Part shown: piece after piece, positions 50,318 through 60,449 of the stretch
How positions within the stretch are numbered: position 1 is the stretch's first letter
Layout: the number at the start of each line of letters is the position of its first letter
Assembly: GCA_965248265.1 (NCBI GenBank)
Contig: CBDFJF010000002.1
Location: 992,001-1,056,000, forward strand
Direction of reading: 5' to 3'
DNA length: 64,000 nt
Source: Candidatus Latescibacterota bacterium
GTDB taxonomy: Bacteria; Latescibacterota; UBA2968; UBA8231
The notes under the pieces: generated by a model
Database searches by the model: none
Told to the model about the DNA's origin: nothing
The model's input: only the letters and a program-made list of their open reading frames with translations
Program-made: the position numbers and the translations under genes

Positions 50318-50520
50318 GTGCAGCATCAACGGCTGCGTGAACGGGGAATCGGACTCTCGCTCTTGACGGCAACCTCCATATCAATTTTTATCGCCTCAAC
50401 CCTCGCCCCCAGGAGGCTCCCATGATATTCAGCTTAGCTCAGCTCACTTCCGACCAGCTCCATTCCATAAGGGATCTGGCTGTGAATGATGGATAACCGC
50501 GGTAACTGCACGATGGAGGA

Positions 50521-51963
50521 ATGATGACGGACCAGAAGACGGAAGCCTACTTCGAAGAGTGGGTCGAGCGCGAGGCCGTGGCGGAGAGGATGATTCCCAT
50601 CATCGGGAAATTGTACCGTGAGCACGGCGTCGTGATCACGGTCTTCGATCGCTCACTGGTACTGAGTTCGCCCGTGGACATTCTATCGGCGCATCGGTAC
50701 TCCCGCCGGATCCACGAACTCAGTATTCAGTTTGGCGCCACCATCGTTGAGGAACTCAACAAGCTGAACCTGGCTTCATCCCGGATAGACATAGGAAAAC
50801 TCGCCCAGCGCTTTCAGGCTCAACCGCAAGGTACGGTCCTGGCAGACTTCGTACGCTCTGAGCTGGCCGATATCAACGTCGGCAAGCGCCGCGTGCAGGA
50901 AGATCCGCAGGACATCGTCCTCTACGGCTTCGGCCGCGTCGGCCGCATGTTGGCCCGCATTCTCATCGAGCGCAGTGGCGGGGGCGATAAATGGCGCTTG
51001 CGGGCGGTTGTCGTCCGCCGGCATTACGCGGGCGATCTACCGAAGAGAGCAAGTCTGCTGCGCAGGGATTCAGTCCACGGGCCGTTCAAGGGAACGATTC
51101 AGCTCGACGAAGAGGAAAACGGCCTGGTCGTCAACGGCAACCTGATGCGCATTCTCTACGCCGAGGCGCCGGATCAAATCGACTACACTCAATTCGGCAT
51201 CAAGAACGCGATTGTTCTGGACAACTCAGGGGCATGGGACGACAGGGAGGGTTTGGAGACGCACTTCGAGGCCAAGGGAGTCTCCAAGGTTATTCTGACC
51301 GCACCCGGGAAAGGGGACATTCCCAACATCATTTACGGGGTCAACAACGCCGACATTCGGCCGGAAGAGCGGCTGTACTCCGCTGCCAGCTGCACGACCA
51401 ACGCCATCGTGCCAGTGCTCAAGGTCATGGATGACCGCTTCGGAATCGAGCATGGCCATATCGACAGCTGCCACTCCTACACCAACGACCAGAACCTGAT
51501 TGACAATTTTCACCCCAAGAGCCGGCGTGGCCGCGGTGCGCCGTTGAACATGGTGATCACGGAGACGGGCGCGGCGCGTGCCGTGGCTAAATCGCTGCCC
51601 CAACTCGAGGGCAAGCTCACCGCTAATGCAATCCGCGTGCCGACACCGAACGTGTCCCTGGCCATCCTCAAGCTGAACCTCGGCCAGTCGACGACACAGG
51701 AAGAGGTCAACGAATACCTAAGAGGAATTGCGCTCGATTCGCCCCTGCAAGGCCAGATCGACTACACCACTTCTACCGAGGTCGTGTCGAGTGATTTCAT
51801 CGGCTCATTGAATACGGGCATCGTCGATGGAACGTCGACGATCGTACAGGAAAATCACTGCGTGATATATGTGTGGTACGACAACGAGTTTGGCTACGCC
51901 TGTCAGGTTGTGCGCATCGTCCAGCACATATCCGGCCTGGAACTGCCGTCCTACCCACACTAA
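50521..51963 (+). CDS. gap: Glyceraldehyde-3-phosphate dehydrogenase, long form with N-terminal extension
   Basis: YGFGRVGR, DSVHG, AASCTTN, AIRVPT, WYDNEFGY. Confidence 0.92.
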   Translation: MMTDQKTEAYFEEWVEREAVAERMIPIIGKLYREHGVVITVFDRSLVLSSPVDILSAHRYSRRIHELSIQFGATIVEELNKLNLASSRIDIGKLAQRFQAQPQGTVLADFVRSELADINVGKRRVQEDPQDIVLYGFGRVGRMLARILIERSGGGDKWRLRAVVVRRHYAGDLPKRASLLRRDSVHGPFKGTIQLDEEENGLVVNGNLMRILYAEAPDQIDYTQFGIKNAIVLDNSGAWDDREGLETHFEAKGVSKVILTAPGKGDIPNIIYGVNNADIRPEERLYSAASCTTNAIVPVLKVMDDRFGIEHGHIDSCHSYTNDQNLIDNFHPKSRRGRGAPLNMVITETGAARAVAKSLPQLEGKLTANAIRVPTPNVSLAILKLNLGQSTTQEEVNEYLRGIALDSPLQGQIDYTTSTEVVSSDFIGSLNTGIVDGTSTIVQENHCVIYVWYDNEFGYACQVVRIVQHISGLELPSYPH

Positions 51964-51983
51964 TCAGGTTACTTCAGTCAGAT

Positions 51984-52526
51984 CTACTTTTTCTTCGGCC
52001 GAAAGGCCACGAGGCGGGCCTCATCCGTTGTCAGAAAAGGACCGCCGATGAGGTCGATACAATACGGCACGGCCGGGAACACGGCGTCCAGGCACTCACC
52101 GATGGCCCTGGGTTGGCCGGGTAGATTGATGATGAGACTGCCGCCACGGATGCCGGCGGTCTGTCGCGACAGGATCGCCGTCGGAACTTTTTCGAGTGAT
52201 ATCTTCCGCATCAACTCGCCGAATCCGGGCATCAACTTCTCGCTCACGTCTTCCGTCACCTCCGGCGTGACGTCCCGGACGGCCGGTCCGGTGCCACCCG
52301 TCGTGATCACCAGGGCGCAATGATCGTCGTCGCACAGTTGGATGAGGGCCTGTCGCAGCTCATCTACGTCATCGGAGACGATCCTGGCCACGGCTTCCCA
52401 CGGCGAGGTCAGGACCTGGTCGAGGTACTCTTGTATGGCGGGGCCTCCCCGGTCTTCGTACTCGCCGCGACTGGCGCGGTCTGAGACCGTGAGGATGCCT
52501 ATTTGTGGGACTGTGTCGTCGGTCAT
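51984..52526 (-). CDS. mog: Molybdopterin adenylyltransferase
   Basis: TVSDRAS.G.YED, TTGGTGP..RDVTPE, PTAILSRQ, INLPGQP, AVPYCIDLI. Confidence 0.93.
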   Translation of the reverse strand: MTDDTVPQIGILTVSDRASRGEYEDRGGPAIQEYLDQVLTSPWEAVARIVSDDVDELRQALIQLCDDDHCALVITTGGTGPAVRDVTPEVTEDVSEKLMPGFGELMRKISLEKVPTAILSRQTAGIRGGSLIINLPGQPRAIGECLDAVFPAVPYCIDLIGGPFLTTDEARLVAFRPKKK

Positions 52527-52682
52527 GGTCGCTCCTGTTTAGATCCGTGGAATCTATGGCCAGTGACAAGGCCCGTCTATTGACCCACCAACGACTATGA
52601 CCGTTTATCCTCCGTCACCGTCCTGCGGCAGCTCCGGCCTAGGGGTCGGAATCGGTATGAAACCACCCTGCGAGTTGATGCC

Positions 52683-53495
52683 TTGAATGAATCCGAGAAG
52701 TACCTCTTCGACGTCCACGGGTTCTTGCTGATCGAAGATGTGCTCACAGCGGAGGAGCTGGCCGCCGCAAACGCGGCCGTCGACGCTCACGCCCACGAAA
52801 TTCAGTACAAGTTTACCGACCTCGCCCGCGGATCCAGCACCCTCGTGGGCGAAAGGGGGCGCGGGGACCTGCTCGGCATGCTGACGTGGGAGCAACCTCA
52901 TTGCCAGGTGTTCAGGGACATGATCGCCCATCCGCGATTGGCACCCTACCTGAAGGAACTCCTGGGACCCGGATTCCGGCTCGCGCAGATCGATGCTGTC
53001 ATCATGGACCAGGGGACGGAAGGCTTCTTCTTTCACGAGGGCGGTGAGCCCCGCGATCGTTCCCGGGCATTCCACTATCACAACGGGCGCATGTTCTGCG
53101 GTTTGACCAACGTCGCCATTCAGCTCACCGATGTCGGTCCGCAGGACGGCGGTTTCGCCTTTCTGCCCGGGAGCCACAAAGCGAACTTCCCCTGTCCGGA
53201 CGATATCCGCCTGTACCAGACGCATCAAGAGCGCATGGTACAACCAGCGGCGAAAGCGGGAGACGCCATTCTTTTCGTCGAGACTCTCATGCACGGCTCC
53301 TTGCCGTGGGTGGCCAGCCACCAGCGGCGAACGGCGCTTGTCCGGTTCAACACGGCGGTTGCCGCCGAAACCCTGATGGGGACCTACACCCCGCCTCCCT
53401 ACTACGACGAGCTGACCGAATCGCAGCAGTCGGTGCTGGCGGCGCCGGCCTATCAATACGAGGACAAGGGCTCGGAACTCTACCGGGAAGATTGA
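52683..53495 (+). CDS. PhyH family Fe/2OG dioxygenase
   Basis: EKYLFDVHGF, FHEGG, DGGF..LPGSHK, ETLMHGSLPW..RR. Confidence 0.85.
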   Translation: MNESEKYLFDVHGFLLIEDVLTAEELAAANAAVDAHAHEIQYKFTDLARGSSTLVGERGRGDLLGMLTWEQPHCQVFRDMIAHPRLAPYLKELLGPGFRLAQIDAVIMDQGTEGFFFHEGGEPRDRSRAFHYHNGRMFCGLTNVAIQLTDVGPQDGGFAFLPGSHKANFPCPDDIRLYQTHQERMVQPAAKAGDAILFVETLMHGSLPWVASHQRRTALVRFNTAVAAETLMGTYTPPPYYDELTESQQSVLAAPAYQYEDKGSELYRED

Positions 53496-53612
53496 CGTAG
53501 CGTGGGCGGGACCGAGTATTCATGCTCGCAGCATCTCGCCCGGCGCATCTGATGCGTCGACGTGCCGTCCCGTTCTCGATCGGATCCCGAAAAACACTGG
53601 AAGGAAGCGAAC

Positions 53613-54800
53613 ATGACCGGCCTGGGCGAACGTGCAGAGAGTGAACGCGGACGTGTGTGCATCACCGGCGTGACGGCGATGCAGTTACAGAATGCCACCG
53701 GCCAAAGTCTGGTGCGCGTGGACACGGATTCCGGGTTGTACGGCATCGGCGAAGCGGGAGTGAATGGTCGGATCTGCAGAGCGAACCTGGGATGGCTGGG
53801 CCCCAAAGTGCTCCTCGGAGCTGATCCGCTCAATATCGACAAGTTGTATCACGAGATGATGGGGCTTCAACACACCTACCAGGCGCATGTGCCGACGGTC
53901 AGCGGCATCGACATCGCGCTGTGGGACCTGGCCGGCAAGATCCTGAATGTTTCGGTCAGCGAGCTGCTGACGGGCCGCTTTCGCGAGCGCGTCGACATGT
54001 ACTTCAACGGGGATCCATCCGACTGGAGCGATCGCTCCGTCATCGACGAATTCGTGGCCGAATTCCGTGCCCATCCCTACGGGTTCCGCACGCTCAAATG
54101 CAGCTTCCCGATGCCGGACGACGCGCATCTGTCGCGGCCGTTCGCGGGAGCCGTGGTGAATCAATCGATGAAGTCGAGTTCCCTGAAGGTCATACGCGAT
54201 GGTGTCGAGATGATGCGGGATGCCCTGGGGTGGGATCTCGATTTCATCACGCACTGTCACAACGAGTGGGATGTACCGACAGCGATCGGTCTGTGTCAGG
54301 CGGTAGAGGAATCGCGTCCCGTCTGGATAGAGGATCCGCTTCAGGTGTGGTCCGCCGACGCTTACCGGGGCCTCAGGTCGGCATCGCGTGTGCCCATCTG
54401 CACCGGGGAAAAGATCCATGGGTACCGCGATTTCTTCCCCTTCGTCGTCGATGGCGCCATCGACGTTCTGCACCCCGACCTGTGCTGGTGCGGTGGCATC
54501 AGTGGTGGCCGCAAGATTGCCGAGCTGGCCGATCAATTCGGCCTGCCAGTGGCACTCCACAACTGCGGCACCCTCGTCCACAACATGGCCAACGTCCATT
54601 TCGGAGCCAGCGTGCGCAATTTCAGCATGACGGAAACGCGACTCTACGAACGTGATTACATCGCCCAGATGGGGGGACTGGACGGTTTTGATATTGTTGA
54701 CGGCAAAATAGCCGTACCTGATGGACCGGGATTGGGTATCGAGCTGGTACCCGAGGTGCTGCGCGCCGAGCTCCCGGAGAATGAGCCCTTCTGGGAGTAA
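53613..54800 (+). CDS. Enolase superfamily (mandelate racemase/MLE subgroup) dehydratase
   Basis: YGIGEA, SGIDIALWDLAGK, WIEDP, ICTGE, HPDL..GG, ALHN. Confidence 0.9.
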   Translation: MTGLGERAESERGRVCITGVTAMQLQNATGQSLVRVDTDSGLYGIGEAGVNGRICRANLGWLGPKVLLGADPLNIDKLYHEMMGLQHTYQAHVPTVSGIDIALWDLAGKILNVSVSELLTGRFRERVDMYFNGDPSDWSDRSVIDEFVAEFRAHPYGFRTLKCSFPMPDDAHLSRPFAGAVVNQSMKSSSLKVIRDGVEMMRDALGWDLDFITHCHNEWDVPTAIGLCQAVEESRPVWIEDPLQVWSADAYRGLRSASRVPICTGEKIHGYRDFFPFVVDGAIDVLHPDLCWCGGISGGRKIAELADQFGLPVALHNCGTLVHNMANVHFGASVRNFSMTETRLYERDYIAQMGGLDGFDIVDGKIAVPDGPGLGIELVPEVLRAELPENEPFWE

Positions 54801-54820
54801 CCCTTCGCCCTACTCTGCCG

Positions 54821-55999
54821 ATGCTGACGGTAACCCGAGATCTTCTACTGCCGACGACGATCGTCGGCTCCTACCCGCGTCCACACTGGTTCGCCGAAAG
54901 CCTGCGTGGCCGTCCCTTCAAGATTGCCCTCGCCGACGCCGTGTTTCGAGAGCAGTACCTCGATGCGGTGGCGTGCATCCTCAACGACCAGGCTCGCGCC
55001 GGACTCGATATCCTCACGGACGGAGACGCACGATTCGATCGCGATGTTGGCGGCCGCTCCTGGTTCTCTTATCCCCTGGAGCGCCTGGGCGGTGTGGCGG
55101 GACACCGCGATCACGCGCCGGGATGGTCGCGTCGCATGGATCTGAAGCCCGGGCAGATCCTGTGGGAAGTGGAGGAAGCGTACCAGGCTCCTGTCGCCGT
55201 CGACAAGCTGGCAGCAGGTCCCATCGACTACGACGCGGTGTGGAAGAGCGCACAGCGTCTGACCGATCGCCCTGTCAAGTTCGGGGCCATCAGCGCGCAG
55301 ACGCTCCCGAGCATGTTGTGGAATGAAGCCTACGACACCGATGAGGAGATGATTCTGGCGCTGTGCGATATCATGAACGCGCAACTGAAGGCTGTCGCTG
55401 CGTCAGGGTGCCGCGTCATCCAGATCGAAGAGCCGCTGCACCACTTCATGTCGCTCAACCCCGACACCACCGATGCCGATCTCGCCTTCTTGACCGAGGC
55501 CTTCAACCGCGAAGTCGCCGGCGTCGACGCTGAGATCTGGGTCCACACATGCTGGGGCAATCCGAACCAGCAGGCCTTGCACTGGAATCGGCCATCCTAC
55601 GAGCGCGCCCTTCCCCATCTTCTGCATCTGGATGCTGATGTGATCACATTCGAATGCGCGAGTACCTCCGGGAAGGACCTGCCCTTGTTCGCGTCTCATG
55701 AAACCGACAAGAAAATCGCCATCGGCGTGGTCAGCCACACCAATACCACCGTCGAGCCCGTCGAGGTGGTGGCCGGCTTGATCCGAAAAGCCCTCGAGAC
55801 CGTGCCACCGGAACGCCTCGTCATCACCAGTGACTGCGGGTTCGGCCGTGAAGGGCTGTCTCGGCGGATCGCGTTCTACAAATGCGTCGCACTGGTCCAG
55901 GGGACCAACGTCGTTCGACGCGAGCTGGGCCTGCCCGAGGCTGAGGTCCGCGCCGCCGATGCAGACTTGGCGTTTTCGCCTCCCCGAGATTCAGCGTGA
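54821..55999 (+). CDS. Cobalamin-independent methionine synthase II family protein
   Basis: VGSYPRP, TDGD, IQIEEP, HTCWGN, FECA, SDCGFG. Confidence 0.85.
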   Translation: MLTVTRDLLLPTTIVGSYPRPHWFAESLRGRPFKIALADAVFREQYLDAVACILNDQARAGLDILTDGDARFDRDVGGRSWFSYPLERLGGVAGHRDHAPGWSRRMDLKPGQILWEVEEAYQAPVAVDKLAAGPIDYDAVWKSAQRLTDRPVKFGAISAQTLPSMLWNEAYDTDEEMILALCDIMNAQLKAVAASGCRVIQIEEPLHHFMSLNPDTTDADLAFLTEAFNREVAGVDAEIWVHTCWGNPNQQALHWNRPSYERALPHLLHLDADVITFECASTSGKDLPLFASHETDKKIAIGVVSHTNTTVEPVEVVAGLIRKALETVPPERLVITSDCGFGREGLSRRIAFYKCVALVQGTNVVRRELGLPEAEVRAADADLAFSPPRDSA

Positions 56000-56829
56000 T
56001 TCTCGGTCTCGCCCTGCCTACGTATAGTGGCGTACTTCCGGCCGATCGTCCCCTCGGATGGCTACTGGATCGATGCCGGGATCACGGCTTTCGCGCCCTC
56101 GAGGCGTCCCTGCCGGAGCCGGACGGCGAGGATCCGGAACAGATCGGGAAGCGATGTGAGGACGAGGGAGTTACTTGGATCGGCTATTGGAGCGACGACT
56201 TCGTGACGCCGGATGGTGGCATGGATGGGTTGCTGGTCAGGGCGCGTGAGTCATTCGAGGCGGCTGTACGGGCAAGAATCGAGAAACTCGTCATCTTCGG
56301 GCGGGGGGATGTTCACAACCGGTTCTCGAAGAAGCCGCCTCTCGAGGATCAACTAAGCAAGGCCGCGGATCACCTCGCCCCCGTGGCCGAGTCCGCCGCC
56401 GAGCACGGACTCGTCCTCGGTTACCTGCCCCACCTGGATTACCGAGCGCGGGAAGCATTGCAGATCGTGGAAAGCGTGGCGTCGAAATCGTTGCGCCTGG
56501 CCTACGACACCACCAATGCCTTTCCTGTGTGCGAGGATCCCGTCGACGCCGCCAAGGTGGCGCTGCCGCACGCCATTGCCGTCGCTCTCAAGGACGTCCA
56601 GATATTCCCGCACCGATCGAACGATGTCACCATCTGGGGCACGCCGATCGGTGAGGGTTCGGTCGACTTCGCGACGATCTTCGAGCTGCTGCCCACCACG
56701 CTTCCCGATCCGGATCAGACCACCGTCTGCGTGAAGCTCAGGCTACCTCCCGAGTCCCAGGATCACGAAGCCTGGATGGGGCGGAGTCTCGACTTCATCC
56801 GTGGAAACGGCCTGTTTCCATCCGCGTAG
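55996..56829 (+). CDS. Sugar phosphate isomerase/epimerase (AP_endonuc_2 TIM barrel)
   Basis: LAYDTTN..EDP, LKD, PIGEGSVDF; GTGA overlap with the upstream gene. Confidence 0.7.
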   Translation: MILGLALPTYSGVLPADRPLGWLLDRCRDHGFRALEASLPEPDGEDPEQIGKRCEDEGVTWIGYWSDDFVTPDGGMDGLLVRARESFEAAVRARIEKLVIFGRGDVHNRFSKKPPLEDQLSKAADHLAPVAESAAEHGLVLGYLPHLDYRAREALQIVESVASKSLRLAYDTTNAFPVCEDPVDAAKVALPHAIAVALKDVQIFPHRSNDVTIWGTPIGEGSVDFATIFELLPTTLPDPDQTTVCVKLRLPPESQDHEAWMGRSLDFIRGNGLFPSA

Positions 56830-56844
56830 GACTCGGGGCCCTCC

Positions 56845-57591
56845 CTAGGCCAGATGAAGATCAGACGCATGCAGTGCACCCAGGCCCCGGTGCATGCGCA
56901 GCAGTTCCTTCTGGCGAGGGGATAGGCGGTCGAACCATTCTGCGGGGAAATCATCATGGGGGTCGAGCTGGAACATGAGCATGGATTTGCGATAGTGGGC
57001 GAATAGGGCATAGCGGTTGCGGTCGCTGCTGTTCGTACCGCCGGCGTGCCAGCATTGTCCGTTGAATATCAGCACACTACCGGCCTTGGCTTCCGGTTGA
57101 AATTCATGCTTGACGACCATTCCCTCCGGTGGTCCTGCGAGGCCACTCTTGTGGGAACCCGGCACGATGCGCGTGCCGCCGATCTGCGGACTGAAGTCCT
57201 CCAGCATCCATACCGTATTCATCATCACGGGGGAAACCGGGTTGAGCATGTTCTGGCCGACGTCGCTGTGAAAATCCTGCTGGCCGTCACCCGGACGAAC
57301 GATGCGGGAGCTGAGACTACCCAGGATCATTGTTGAGTCCAGAAAATGCTCCAGAATCGGCAAGGTCGCCGGATGATCGATCACTTGGAAGAATTCCGGA
57401 TCCAGTATGGGCAAGTTGAGGACCACCGTAGAGGTCCCGTTGCGGTTGACATAGTCCGGCTTGCCCGCTGTTTCCGCACAACGCACTAAGGCTTCTTTCA
57501 GTGTATCTATCTCATCCGGTTCGAGTACATCCGGAATCAGCGTAAAACCGTACAGCTCGATTTCCGTGATGGCTTGCTCTAAGGGTGTCAT
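56845..57591 (-). CDS. PhyH family Fe/2OG dioxygenase
   Basis: QDFHSD (HxD), GGTRIVPGSH, WHAGG.NSSDRNR. Confidence 0.88.
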   Translation of the reverse strand: MTPLEQAITEIELYGFTLIPDVLEPDEIDTLKEALVRCAETAGKPDYVNRNGTSTVVLNLPILDPEFFQVIDHPATLPILEHFLDSTMILGSLSSRIVRPGDGQQDFHSDVGQNMLNPVSPVMMNTVWMLEDFSPQIGGTRIVPGSHKSGLAGPPEGMVVKHEFQPEAKAGSVLIFNGQCWHAGGTNSSDRNRYALFAHYRKSMLMFQLDPHDDFPAEWFDRLSPRQKELLRMHRGLGALHASDLHLA

Positions 57592-57698
57592 CTGTATTTC
57601 CTTCTTGTGGAACGGCGTGTGCGCATAGTATCCGTTGAAGATGGGGTCATGTCGAGGATGGGGGAGTAGCGCGACTATCCGAATACACCGAAGAAGGG

Positions 57699-58751
57699 AT
57701 GGAGATTATGGCCTTGGCACCAGCCCCATTGTTCCTCGTCAGCACCCACACAGACGACGAAGGAATCTTCGTCTATCGCCTCGCTGACGGGGACGGCCAT
57801 CTGGAGTTGCTGCACCAATACCGGGAAATCGGCAATCCGTTCTTAATTGATATTCACCCCAACGGCCGCGTCGTCTACAGCATCTCCACTCCGGACAATG
57901 CAGCGGCCCTCTCCCTGGATCGATCCAGCGGCGAGTTGGAGCTCATCAACACCCAGCCGACCCGGGGGGGACCATGCTACATCGAGGTTGATCCCAGCGG
58001 TCGGATGGTGGTGGTAGCCAACTATACAGATGGTAGCGTGATTTCGTTTCCGTTGGGGAAAGATGGCGCCTTGGGTGAGGCGGGGTCGTTCATCCAACAC
58101 GTAGGCAACAGCGTTCACTGGCGCCGTCAGACCGAACCCCACGCCCATTGCATCAAGGTGTCGGGCGATGGCCGATTCGCGTTCGCCGCCGATCTGGGCA
58201 CCGACAGAATCAACATCTACGCCCTCGATCCGGCTGCCGGCCGCTTGAGTCCCGCAGAGCAGCCCTTCGCTCGCGTTCCACCCGAAAGCGGCCCCCGGCA
58301 TTTCACCTTTTCACCCGATCACCGACACGGCTATGTCATCAATGAGATAGGGAACACGATCACGGCGTTCGCCTATGATGCTGAACGGGGGTTGCTGCTG
58401 GAGCGGGACACGGTACCAACGCTGCCCGCCGACTTCGACGGCGAGAGCGGTACGGCCGATCTAGCGCTTACCCCCGACGGGCGATTCCTCTACGGAACCA
58501 ATCGCGGCCACGACAGCATCGCCATGTTCAAGGTGGACGCAGACAGCGGCACCCTGTCACCGAACGGTTTCGAGCCGAGCCGCGGTGAGATGCCGCAGAA
58601 TCTGACGATGACGCCGGACGGAAAACTGCTCTTCGTCACCAATACCAAGGGCAACCAGGTTGTGGCCTTTCATATCGAAGAACAATCAGGTAAGCTCGAA
58701 TTCAGCTGTGAGACCCAGATGCCGGCACCGGGGTCTGCGGTACTCGGATGA
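57699..58751 (+). CDS. Lactonase family 7-bladed beta-propeller (Pgl/YbhE-like)
   Basis: VANY, RQTEPHAH, AADLGTD, GPRH, INE, TNRGHDSI. Confidence 0.9.
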   Translation: MEIMALAPAPLFLVSTHTDDEGIFVYRLADGDGHLELLHQYREIGNPFLIDIHPNGRVVYSISTPDNAAALSLDRSSGELELINTQPTRGGPCYIEVDPSGRMVVVANYTDGSVISFPLGKDGALGEAGSFIQHVGNSVHWRRQTEPHAHCIKVSGDGRFAFAADLGTDRINIYALDPAAGRLSPAEQPFARVPPESGPRHFTFSPDHRHGYVINEIGNTITAFAYDAERGLLLERDTVPTLPADFDGESGTADLALTPDGRFLYGTNRGHDSIAMFKVDADSGTLSPNGFEPSRGEMPQNLTMTPDGKLLFVTNTKGNQVVAFHIEEQSGKLEFSCETQMPAPGSAVLG

Positions 58752-58763
58752 GGGGGGTACGAG

Positions 58764-60401
58764 ATGAGTGTGGATCAAGCACGACATGACGCCCGCTGGC
58801 GCCGCCGCCGGATCATCTACAACAACGACGGCGACGATGCGCTGTTTGCCCGCGACGGTCTCGAACATGAACACGATGTCGCCGAGGCCCTGGCCGTGCG
58901 CACCTCCGGAGAGTTGGTGGACGATTTTCTCAATGCCCGCAGCACTCCGTTGATCGGCTCGCAGGTGGACAGCAACTGGTACGCCAGCTGCATGGCCGGC
59001 CTGACCTTCTCCCATCACACCAAGCTGGGTGGTTTTTACGGCAAGGAGCTGCCACAGGAGCTGGTGCACCGATACGGTCGCGACACGCTGGAGGTTCAGC
59101 TGGATTTCAGTCGCGAGAACTCGATGGAGGCGGTCTGGGCCCTGCGCATGAACGATACCCACGACGCCTATCCCATGGGGACGCGGCGCTGGAACTACGG
59201 ATTGGCGGCGTTCAAGGTCGAGCATCCCGAGTGCATGATGGGCGAAGAAAGCGATTGGGAGCGCTTCGAGGGCAACGGCAGGAAGGCGCATTGGACGAAG
59301 CTCGATTTCGCCATGCCGATCGTACGCGACCACATCTTCTCCATAATCCAGGAAGTGGCCCACAACTACGACGTCGACGCCATCGGGATGGAATTCTTCA
59401 AGTATTTCCCGTTTTTCCGTGAGTCACGAGAGGAAGAGCCGGTCACGGCGGAGCACGTGGAGATGATGACGGACCTGCTGCGCCGGATCCGCAAGATGGC
59501 GGACGAAGAAGGCGACAGGCGGGGCCGGCCCATCCTGCTGGCGGCACACACGGCACCCAGCATCGAGTTTTCCCTGTCCGTCGGACTCGACCTGGAAACC
59601 TGGCTTGCCGAAGGGCTCATTGATCAGCTGATGCCCGGCGGTCTGAACGAGTCCGTGTTCAGCCATTCGCACGCCGAGATGATCGAATTCGGGCATCGCC
59701 ACGATATCCCCGTCTACCCCTGCCTGTCGTGGGGATTCTGGGACAAGTGGGCGTACCTGGACCTGGCGCGTGGCCAGCATCGATCTCAGGCGTCGTACCT
59801 CGAAACGGTATATGGCGGACAGCCGGATCGCCTTGGCAAACCTTCCTACATCCTGGAATTCAATGGTTGGGAGGGCACCTTCGCAGCCTGGCGCGGTACG
59901 GCCATGAACCTGTTCGATGCCGGGGCCGATGGTCTCTACATTTTCAATCCAGGCCTGGGCAGGCCCGAATGGTGGCGGGAAATCGGCGAGACTGCCACCA
60001 TGGCGGGTAAGGACAAGCTGTTCGGGGTGGATGCATTCCCAGGTGAGTCCGGAAACGTTGATCAGGTGGAACTGATTCAGGGAACGCCCGTGCGGTTGAG
60101 TTTTCTGGTGGGCGAAGACATCGACACTGCAAGGATTTCCCGGCTCCGGTTCCGCGCCCATTTGTGGGATCTGTCCAACGAGGATGAAATCGCACTACAA
60201 TTCAATGGCCGACCGTTGGCAGGGCTGGAGCTCACCGATGCGTTTGCCTCACCCGATCAGGGGCAATGGCTGGAATGCGACGTTGACGCCAACCAGGTTG
60301 AACGGGGAAGGAACTCGGTCGAACTGCTGTTGAGCAAGCGAGCCGAGTCGCAGCAGGTTGCACTGTTGCTGAATGCCATTCAGCTGGTGGTGCGCTACTA
60401 A
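58764..60401 (+). CDS. Uncharacterised GHL10-like TIM-barrel protein, paralog A
   Basis: RRIIYNNDGDD, LRMNDTHD, LDFA.P.VR, YDVDAIGMEF, GADGLYIFN; C-terminal beta-sandwich. Confidence 0.7.
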   Translation: MSVDQARHDARWRRRRIIYNNDGDDALFARDGLEHEHDVAEALAVRTSGELVDDFLNARSTPLIGSQVDSNWYASCMAGLTFSHHTKLGGFYGKELPQELVHRYGRDTLEVQLDFSRENSMEAVWALRMNDTHDAYPMGTRRWNYGLAAFKVEHPECMMGEESDWERFEGNGRKAHWTKLDFAMPIVRDHIFSIIQEVAHNYDVDAIGMEFFKYFPFFRESREEEPVTAEHVEMMTDLLRRIRKMADEEGDRRGRPILLAAHTAPSIEFSLSVGLDLETWLAEGLIDQLMPGGLNESVFSHSHAEMIEFGHRHDIPVYPCLSWGFWDKWAYLDLARGQHRSQASYLETVYGGQPDRLGKPSYILEFNGWEGTFAAWRGTAMNLFDAGADGLYIFNPGLGRPEWWREIGETATMAGKDKLFGVDAFPGESGNVDQVELIQGTPVRLSFLVGEDIDTARISRLRFRAHLWDLSNEDEIALQFNGRPLAGLELTDAFASPDQGQWLECDVDANQVERGRNSVELLLSKRAESQQVALLLNAIQLVVRY

Positions 60402-60449
60402 GTTGAGAGGGGACACTCCCAGCACTTCCACGCCATCATCGCTGGCCCG

